From a virus, in the IMG/VR virus record IMGVR_UViG_3300045972_000140, positions 62,687 to 126,686 of that record: DNA of 64,000 bases. One strand, written 5' to 3'. Made by a program: the position numbers and the translations under genes. Below the pieces are notes generated by a model. The model saw only the letters and a program-made list of their open reading frames with translations, was not told the origin of the DNA and did no database searches. This document shows, piece by piece, positions 57,921 through 64,000 of the stretch. Every line of letters starts with the position of its first letter. The stretch's first letter is position 1.

Positions 57921-59361
57921 ATTTGATTGTTGCCTTATTAAAAAATATTCCATAGATAGCTGCAACTATTGCAACTACTATTAATGTGCCACTTATTGGC
58001 CGTGTAAACAGGTCGTGCCACTCATACAATGACATAAATTGTATGAGTGTGGTGTATGCTCTGTTAGCTAAAACAAACCCTATTATGACTGCCGCCCTGC
58101 TTAATTTAAAATATTTGAAGAACATGCCCAATGCTGCGCACCCGAAGAACATTACATAATCTTCCCAATATCCTGTATATTGCACACACGACCAAAGTAA
58201 TAATGCAAGTATTGGCCAGAAATAATACTTAAACGGTGTATTCATTATTCGTATTGCATAACGTATGAAGAGTACGCCTAAGAAGAATGTCAATATAAGA
58301 GCAACAAAATAACTACTACCGAGCACTGTAAAGAATGTCATATTAGTAAGTAAGTCGGGAGAACCTAATTCTATACCTACCATCATAAACAACGACATCA
58401 CAATAGCCTCAAACGGAGCAGCAGGAATACCAAATAATACAGTAGGAACATACGCTGTTGCCTTCTGCGCGTTGTTAGTACCTTCACATCCGATAACACC
58501 GCGCACATTGCCTTCGCCAAATGGGATTTCGTCTTTAGGGTTTGCTGCTACCGTTTGCCCGTACGCTAGCCAGTCTGCAATGCTGCCGCCGATACCGGGT
58601 AGGATGCCAATGAACGCACCAATTGCACCGCCCCGGAAGCCGTCCCACTTATACTTCCATGCATCTCTTACACCCTGTTTCATCTGCGGCCATACTTTAT
58701 CTGCATCTACCTTTGTTGTTTCGACTTTAGAGAAATATGCTTCTATCAATTCAGGAATGGCCATAAACCCGGCCAGCACCGGGGCTATCTGTATTCCTGC
58801 CTGTAAATAATCCCATCCACCAGTAAATCGCGCACCTAGGGTTATTGGATTTTGTCCCACTAATCCGAGGAAGCAACCAGCGGCCAGCGCAAGTATGCCA
58901 CGGAACCAATATTCGGAATTAACAAATGTAACACAGGTAAATGCAAGAAGCATGAATGCAAGCATCTCGGGGATTCCTAATGCCAGTACTACTGAACCAT
59001 AGTACGGAAGAAAAAAGAATACAAGGCCTCCCCAGAATATACCATTTACAGTCGATGTAGTAGTGCCTGCCATTAATGCACGAGCACCTTCGCCACGTCG
59101 GGCCATGGGAAACCCATCTACCATGCTTGCTGCGCTGCCAGCAGCGCCAGGTATGTTCATTGTAATAGACGAAAAGCCATCACCTATTGCACACGATACA
59201 ACAATAGCAGTTGTAAAAACTACAAGGAGCATTGGATCATGCAAGAAAAATCCTAGCATACCGTAAACTGCTACGAGCCCTGTTGCTGCACCGGCTACCG
59301 GAATAATACCTATTACAAAACCATAAACTGTACCCAGGAGTAACCAAACTATGTATTCCAT
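57913..59361 (-). CDS. tctA: Tripartite tricarboxylate transporter permease (TctA family)
   Basis: Multi-pass membrane protein; NIPGAAGSAASMVDGFPMARRGEGARAL, IGILPGIGGS, EGTNNA, LFGIP. Confidence 0.9.
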   Translation of the reverse strand: MEYIVWLLLGTVYGFVIGIIPVAGAATGLVAVYGMLGFFLHDPMLLVVFTTAIVVSCAIGDGFSSITMNIPGAAGSAASMVDGFPMARRGEGARALMAGTTTSTVNGIFWGGLVFFFLPYYGSVVLALGIPEMLAFMLLAFTCVTFVNSEYWFRGILALAAGCFLGLVGQNPITLGARFTGGWDYLQAGIQIAPVLAGFMAIPELIEAYFSKVETTKVDADKVWPQMKQGVRDAWKYKWDGFRGGAIGAFIGILPGIGGSIADWLAYGQTVAANPKDEIPFGEGNVRGVIGCEGTNNAQKATAYVPTVLFGIPAAPFEAIVMSLFMMVGIELGSPDLLTNMTFFTVLGSSYFVALILTFFLGVLFIRYAIRIMNTPFKYYFWPILALLLWSCVQYTGYWEDYVMFFGCAALGMFFKYFKLSRAAVIIGFVLANRAYTTLIQFMSLYEWHDLFTRPISGTLIVVAIVAAIYGIFFNKATIKYV

Positions 59362-59385
59362 TTAAATTTCTTAATAATTTTTCTA

Positions 59386-59414
59386 ATTATACAGCAATTA
59401 TGCTGATCCTGCAA
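59386..59414 (-). promoter_or_regulatory. Sigma70-type promoter of the tctA operon, with a palindrome in the spacer
   Basis: TTGCAG-N17-TATAAT on the minus strand; the spacer contains CAGCA-ATTA-TGCTG (59392-59405). Confidence 0.7.
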
Positions 59415-59422
59415 GCACTCGT

Positions 59423-59475
59423 TATAAATATAGTATATAGGGACAAAAATTTTTACTCTATATCTATTATTTATA
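59423..59475. promoter_or_regulatory. Face-to-face canonical T4 late promoter motifs TATAAATA
   Basis: TATAAATA on + at 59423-59430 and on - at 59468-59475. Confidence 0.5.
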
Positions 59476-59495
59476 CATTTTAAAGAAAATTTACC

Positions 59496-60227
59496 GTGAA
59501 TACAAAAATTTTAGCACTTATTGAGAAAAATCTTAAAGAAGCGTTTCATTTACCAAAATACGATGGTGTTGTTACTATTGATAAAGATACGGTAGTTAAT
59601 GATTTGCCGTGGACACCTGCACAGTATCGTAAGTTTAAAGATACAATGGAAGCCGAATTGAGCCTAATATCGGACTACGTAGGAACAATAGAATCTATAG
59701 TCAACGACCTCGACCAACGTTACTTAACACGATTCTTTGGAGAGATCTGGAGGCCTAATACCGACTTGTACCAATATACTGGATGGAATTTAGTCGAAGA
59801 AATATCTAAAATGGATCCGCAGAATGTCCTAGATGTTGGATGCGGATATCATCCGTTTAAGGGCAAAATTAACAACTTAATCGGTATAGACCCGTTTAAT
59901 AGTGCAGCAGAATATCAAGTTGATATTCTCGACTACAAAGTGAAACCAGGGTCTCACGATCATATTATGGCGCTAGGCTCTATTAATTTCAACTCAAGGG
60001 AAGATATTGAATCACGCTTCTTGCATTGTGTTAATTTGTTACAAGTTGGCGGACATTTATGGATGCGGGCCAATCCCGGTGTTACACACAAGACCGGTCC
60101 GTATGTGGATATTTTTAATTGGACATTTGAAATTGTTGTCGAACTTGGCAACAAATATGGCTTAAAATTACTTAATTTTAAGAAAGATTCAAATAACAGA
60201 TTATTTTTTGTTTATAAGAAACTATAA
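59496..60227 (+). CDS. Class I SAM-dependent methyltransferase with an extra N-terminal domain
   Basis: VLDVGCG, LIGIDP, ALGSINF; GTG start. Confidence 0.8.
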   Translation: MNTKILALIEKNLKEAFHLPKYDGVVTIDKDTVVNDLPWTPAQYRKFKDTMEAELSLISDYVGTIESIVNDLDQRYLTRFFGEIWRPNTDLYQYTGWNLVEEISKMDPQNVLDVGCGYHPFKGKINNLIGIDPFNSAAEYQVDILDYKVKPGSHDHIMALGSINFNSREDIESRFLHCVNLLQVGGHLWMRANPGVTHKTGPYVDIFNWTFEIVVELGNKYGLKLLNFKKDSNNRLFFVYKKL

Positions 60228-60605
60228 TTAGCGCCTCATTCTAGCAATATCGGCAGCATCCTCGGTTCTAAACACAGGTACCGCATTACTCTTATGCAGT
60301 TGCCCGATGCCTAACATTTCTGTGCCAGTGTATTGCATAATCTCTTGCTTAGAACAATCTCCACCAGGAGTGACCATACTAGGGATATTTTTAGGTACTA
60401 CCCTGGATGTACCCATTGCAGGCATAATAGATTCCTGTTTAAATACTTTACGAATTATTTTCTTAGGTTCGTATTTCTTTTGAATCTCTTCCCACTCGCG
60501 TGCAAGCTGTTCTGCTTTATGCTTTGCTTCCGAAGATGCAAATTTATGTTTACCCTTTTTCTTTCCGGTCAGGGTTAAGCCCGGGTTCTCTAAGTGCATA
60601 CTCAT
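60228..60605 (-). CDS. Conserved phage hypothetical protein
   Basis: C-terminal YTGTEMLGIGQLHKSNAVPVF...ADIARMRR motif, familiar from T4-like phages. Confidence 0.7.
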   Translation of the reverse strand: MSMHLENPGLTLTGKKKGKHKFASSEAKHKAEQLAREWEEIQKKYEPKKIIRKVFKQESIMPAMGTSRVVPKNIPSMVTPGGDCSKQEIMQYTGTEMLGIGQLHKSNAVPVFRTEDAADIARMRR

Positions 60606-60811
60606 AAAAGACCGTAACTTTCTCTAATTAAGAAATTAATTCGTTCTACAGCTTCGTGTAGCGTTGTATATTTTCCGGAATCAACATGATGAACATAGTG
60701 CATCATGTCATTGACAAGTAACTCAACTAATGCTTCTATTTGCATTTCGGTGACAGGTTGCCCCGGTACTAAACCTGCTATATCGGCCACAACTTGAGTT
60801 CTAGGGTGCAT
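60602..60811 (-). CDS. Hypothetical protein
   Basis: 69-aa ORF coupled to its neighbours. Confidence 0.6.
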   Translation of the reverse strand: MHPRTQVVADIAGLVPGQPVTEMQIEALVELLVNDMMHYVHHVDSGKYTTLHEAVERINFLIRESYGLL

Positions 60812-60814
60812 GCC

Positions 60815-61066
60815 TTATTTATCGGAATCGAACAAGCTATTACCGTATGCTTTTACTGCATTAGATGCACCTACTGCACCCGAACCAGCATCACCGTCAG
60901 CATAACTTCTTGCGTGATGTGCCGCTGCCGTAGCGCAGTCTTCGATAACAAGTTTAATCAATTTTTCCAGCGGCGCACCGACGATAGTTGATACAGGCCA
61001 GTAACCGGTTGTCTCGGTGCTAAAACCTGCGTTTTTGTATAGATTTTTTAACTTATCGTTTATCAT
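60815..61066 (-). CDS. Hypothetical protein
   Basis: 83 aa; LEKLIKLVIEDC motif; TAATG coupling with the upstream gene. Confidence 0.6.
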   Translation of the reverse strand: MINDKLKNLYKNAGFSTETTGYWPVSTIVGAPLEKLIKLVIEDCATAAAHHARSYADGDAGSGAVGASNAVKAYGNSLFDSDK

Positions 61067-61584
61067 TATACTCTCTTTAGTTGTGCAAACATTTTTAGTA
61101 ATGCTTCAGCATTACCTTTAGCATCATCCACAGGATTATGTGTATGCTTTGTTTCTCGCAGGTGTTTGAATGTACTATAAAGGTCACGCTGCATACCCTT
61201 ATAGAATGATCCCATATTAGCAGAACTCCACCCAAACGGATTGCGGCCCAACTGTTGCCAGAAGTAATAGTTAATGAATGCAAAATCGTATCCATTATTA
61301 TCGCTCCAGAAGATTGGGCGCTTACCATTGGGAATGTTTTTGTTCAACCAAATCTCGAAGTTCTGCATAGCATCACGCGGGTCAGGGAACTTCATGCAAT
61401 CTTCGCGACTGAATCCACTAATTGCTAACGCTTCGGGGATATAAATTTCGGAGACTGGTTTTAGTTCTGCGTAGAACGTTCGCTGCAGGCCTGCTTCGAC
61501 AATGACTGCTCCAAAGCAAATCATACTATGCATTCCGGGGCAAGGCCCATCCGACTCAACATCTACCATTACATTTTGCGACAT
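61066..61584 (-). CDS. DEDDh 3'-5' exonuclease
   Basis: VMVDVESDG, NNGYDFAF, HNPVDDA. Confidence 0.85.
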   Translation of the reverse strand: MSQNVMVDVESDGPCPGMHSMICFGAVIVEAGLQRTFYAELKPVSEIYIPEALAISGFSREDCMKFPDPRDAMQNFEIWLNKNIPNGKRPIFWSDNNGYDFAFINYYFWQQLGRNPFGWSSANMGSFYKGMQRDLYSTFKHLRETKHTHNPVDDAKGNAEALLKMFAQLKRV

Positions 61585-61603
61585 ATACTCTCCTATTAGA
61601 GTA

Positions 61604-61632
61604 AGTATACACTATATCTGTAATAAAATCAA
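61604..61632 (-). promoter_or_regulatory. Sigma70-type promoter upstream of the exonuclease gene
   Basis: TTGATT-N17-TATACT, followed by AGGAG SD. Confidence 0.65.
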
Positions 61633-61994
61633 CCTATAACTGTACCGTTCTGGTATGTGTTGCGTGGAATTGTTGGTAGGATAAGATACTGTAAGTCTAT
61701 CTGACTACGCGGATATTGTTGGAATACAACTTGCTGAATGATTGCAGCCGAACCGTATCTAACCATGAAACTAGCAAGGCCCAATGTTGTGTCTCTATCA
61801 AACACTGTATATACTAGGTTGCCTAATCCGTTATTGAGAGTCTGGAACCAATATACATTTGGGCCACCAAAGTCTCCGTATGGTATAACTGTGTTGGTGT
61901 TAATTGCGTTAACAACTGCCTGCACGTTTGCACCTAAAGCAACAAAGCCTTCTGTTGTGCAAACGCCAAATGTCTGAAAGGGATAATCCATCAA
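61629..61994 (-). CDS. Hypothetical protein, possibly late-expressed
   Basis: 121-aa ORF; GATAAATA on - at 61996-62003 directly abuts the start. Confidence 0.6.
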   Translation of the reverse strand: MMDYPFQTFGVCTTEGFVALGANVQAVVNAINTNTVIPYGDFGGPNVYWFQTLNNGLGNLVYTVFDRDTTLGLASFMVRYGSAAIIQQVVFQQYPRSQIDLQYLILPTIPRNTYQNGTVIG

Positions 61995-62255
61995 CTATTT
62001 ATCATTAAACTTTGTAGACAGTAAGGAACGAATATATGCTTTGATATTTGTTGCCGCCACTGCTATATTGCCAAATAAATGTAGTATGCAGAAAGTAGCA
62101 ATAATAGTCATTATGTTAGTGAACATAAGTGTAAGGAAGATCGATGTGACTCCTATTACTGCAGAAAGGCCACCAGTGATATGTGCTGTAATAAGGTAAC
62201 TCTCTAGTTCGTCCTTAGGTGCATACTTTAGCTTTTCAAACAGATCTTGTGCCAT
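61995..62255 (-). CDS. Small membrane protein with two hydrophobic segments
   Basis: MAQDLFEK...; hydrophobic stretches GLSAVIGVTSIFLTLMF and IIATFCILHLFGNIAV. Confidence 0.6.
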   Translation of the reverse strand: MAQDLFEKLKYAPKDELESYLITAHITGGLSAVIGVTSIFLTLMFTNIMTIIATFCILHLFGNIAVAATNIKAYIRSLLSTKFNDK

Positions 62256-62256
62256 A

Positions 62257-62418
62257 TTAACTTTCTTTGATATCAAAATATGCTTCGGTGAACATTTTAC
62301 CATTATACAGCAATTCTACTTTCCTGTAATCTGGATTCTCCGAAACAGTCTTTACATCTATAGTTATGTCTTTTAACATATTTTCTACAATGCGTTCTAC
62401 GTCAGATCTACTTAACAT
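62257..62418 (-). CDS. Hypothetical protein
   Basis: MLSRSDVER...; AAGGA SD before ATG 62418. Confidence 0.55.
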   Translation of the reverse strand: MLSRSDVERIVENMLKDITIDVKTVSENPDYRKVELLYNGKMFTEAYFDIKES

Positions 62419-62767
62419 TTCTATCCTTTGATTTTGATAATTCACCTGGCTCTGTGTTTCCCCACATTTCGATGCTTTCAATATGATCAAATGTACTATC
62501 GTCTATTATTTTATTTATAATGTCGTGTTGTCTACTGGTTAGGTCAGGTGCCTTCTTTACTATCCTGTTTGGCAGTGGTGGATTCTTAATTACAGGAACC
62601 TGCACCGGTGCCTTCTTTAATCTTTCTTCTCGTGCTAATCTATTAGCCTCTGATCTTGCGGCTGCTTCTTCTATGCGCCGTTGTTTCTTTGACCTAGAAT
62701 TAAGGTAAGAAATTATGGCAACCAGAATTATTGCTAACGGTACAATTACATATAAATTCAAAAACAC
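62408..62767 (-). CDS. Membrane-anchored hypothetical protein
   Basis: N-terminal TM helix followed by a basic coiled segment. Confidence 0.6.
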   Translation of the reverse strand: MFLNLYVIVPLAIILVAIISYLNSRSKKQRRIEEAAARSEANRLAREERLKKAPVQVPVIKNPPLPNRIVKKAPDLTSRQHDIINKIIDDSTFDHIESIEMWGNTEPGELSKSKDRNVK

Positions 62768-62976
62768 GACCCCGAAAATGCATATGCATCTTTAAAATTG
62801 TTAATCCAAAATCCACGAGGGATATTTACTCCATTATAGCAAAGTATTACAGAGTAGTCAAGGGTCCACGCATCAGAGGGCAAATTATTTGTTAACCAAT
62901 CATTAAGGAACAAATAATGGGAATATGCTTCTTTACAGTTTCTGCCGAGTAGCTCCTCAAAATAAAAATACACCAT
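62758..62976 (-). CDS. Small hypothetical protein (F..xDAxxF family)
   Basis: 72 aa; AAGG SD. Confidence 0.55.
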   Translation of the reverse strand: MVYFYFEELLGRNCKEAYSHYLFLNDWLTNNLPSDAWTLDYSVILCYNGVNIPRGFWINNFKDAYAFSGSCF

Positions 62977-63008
62977 ATCCTACCTTTGGCGTTAGCCGCA
63001 TAGGATAT

Positions 63009-63296
63009 TTATCTGAATTGAAATGCAAATAATGTAGCTACTTCGCGATCCTTGAAATACCAAAAGTGACTATTCTCGTTATGATTTCTTAATCTAAATG
63101 TTTGGATGTGATAATCATCACCGTACTCTAATCCCTGCTTTATACACCAGCGTGTCATATGTGCAGAGTGAGAATGCACTACAGCACGCGCCCAAGTATA
63201 GTTGCGCGTAGGATCCTCTTTCTCTATATGGGCAGTTATTATCCCATCTTGTACAGTTTCTAGTACTTCCTCACCGCCGATGATCATCCGCCCCAC
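63009..63296 (-). CDS. Small hypothetical protein (F..xDAxxF family)
   Basis: Ends WYFKDREVATLFAFQFR. Confidence 0.55.
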   Translation of the reverse strand: MGRMIIGGEEVLETVQDGIITAHIEKEDPTRNYTWARAVVHSHSAHMTRWCIKQGLEYGDDYHIQTFRLRNHNENSHFWYFKDREVATLFAFQFR

Positions 63297-63535
63297 CTCA
63301 ATATAAATGCTGTTAGTGCCTGTTCATCTAGAAATTCTAACCCGTATGCAATACGTGATCCTCTATCTATTAGTATATTTTGAGTTACTAATTTACACGG
63401 CCAACCTGCTGCGGTTAAACACGGAGCAATATCTTCTAATTCTAAAACTGTATTAGCACTCACGGCACCCACAGTTAGTACATTCTTAAAAACTCGCTGA
63501 CCTATAGGATCCAAAAATAATAATGTGCTAGTCAT
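63284..63535 (-). CDS. Small hypothetical protein (F..xDAxxF family)
   Basis: Ends LEFLDEQALTAFILRWGG. Confidence 0.55.
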   Translation of the reverse strand: MTSTLLFLDPIGQRVFKNVLTVGAVSANTVLELEDIAPCLTAAGWPCKLVTQNILIDRGSRIAYGLEFLDEQALTAFILRWGG

Positions 63536-63759
63536 ACACCGTGTGTCAATCTAAATAAAATTGCATCCTCGGATTGAGCAAAATAAAAGTCGACAGTTTT
63601 ATCGTCTGCGTTTATTTCTTTTTCCCACAGTACGCCCCTGCTACTTAAAGCATCTTCGCACCATTTTGTTAGGTTAAATACCTTGCCGATGCCCTCGTCG
63701 TATCTTTTACGATTACCCGACGGCATAGGTATAGGTATTTTATTTGGCCAATTTAACAT
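63532..63759 (-). CDS. Small hypothetical protein (F..xDAxxF family)
   Basis: Ends FYFAQSEDAILFRLTHGV. Confidence 0.55.
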   Translation of the reverse strand: MLNWPNKIPIPMPSGNRKRYDEGIGKVFNLTKWCEDALSSRGVLWEKEINADDKTVDFYFAQSEDAILFRLTHGV

Positions 63760-63980
63760 CTGAAGTCTACAAATCTTATCTGAATAAGTGTATCGTTTAT
63801 TATATACGGCAATATCTTCATTGCAATATCTGTTGCCCTATCTGATTTAGTGCAAACTGCTTCATACTTATTCAACACTATTGATTCTATTCTATCAGAG
63901 TTAAGTGCAATATCGCACTTTTCTCTTTCACACATAACTTTAATAACAATACGCACTATTGTTTTAAAGAATGAGTACAT
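63753..63980 (-). CDS. Hypothetical protein
   Basis: 75-aa ORF overlapping the next gene in the chain. Confidence 0.45.
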   Translation of the reverse strand: MYSFFKTIVRIVIKVMCEREKCDIALNSDRIESIVLNKYEAVCTKSDRATDIAMKILPYIINDTLIQIRFVDFRC

Positions 63981-64000
63981 TTTATATGTGTCGCTTGGTT

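Noticed and set aside
61995-62255. Holin call for the two-TM protein
   Set aside because: It is far from the endolysin and supported only by hydrophobicity.
592-62708. Numerous 60-200-aa ORFs antisense or out of frame to long genes (e.g. 3324..3755, 9073..9672, 35061..35459)
   Set aside because: They lie wholly within well-supported genes, have no SD or motifs, and reflect codon bias on the opposite strand.
1-64000. Stop-codon reassignment, as seen in some large phages
   Set aside because: Core genes are full length in the standard code, and TAA, TAG and TGA all terminate genes at sensible positions.

Overview
This window is a segment of a large, AT-rich, T4-like (Tevenvirinae-related but divergent) myophage genome read in the standard genetic code. 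Positions 1-42.8 kb are mostly the virion morphogenesis region: neck/tail terminator (gp14/gp15-like), a minus-strand head operon (tape-measure candidate, gp20 portal, core proteins, gp21, gp22, gp23), a gp26-like chaperone, a baseplate block (gp48/54, gp53, gp27-like, gp5, gp25, gp6, a 2992-aa gp7-like protein) and tail-fibre genes. This region is interrupted by a GH108 endolysin, a Holliday junction resolvase, gp46/gp47 and a gp55-like late sigma factor. Positions 42.8-60.2 kb form a ~17 kb block of tailoring enzymes: three GT-A glycosyltransferases, four radical SAM enzymes (one B12-dependent), several sulfotransferase/P-loop proteins, a dioxygenase-like protein, a methyltransferase and a TctA/TctC transporter pair. 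The last 4 kb holds small accessory ORFs. Signals missed by the ORF track include a -1 slippery site (A AAT TTT) at the end of the gp26-like gene, an apparent ATA start for gp15, a ~720 bp structured non-coding region (ncRNA and/or origin), a variant late-promoter motif GATAAATA, and a pair of circularly permuted radical SAM enzymes. All functional calls come from motif recognition by eye; no searches were run.
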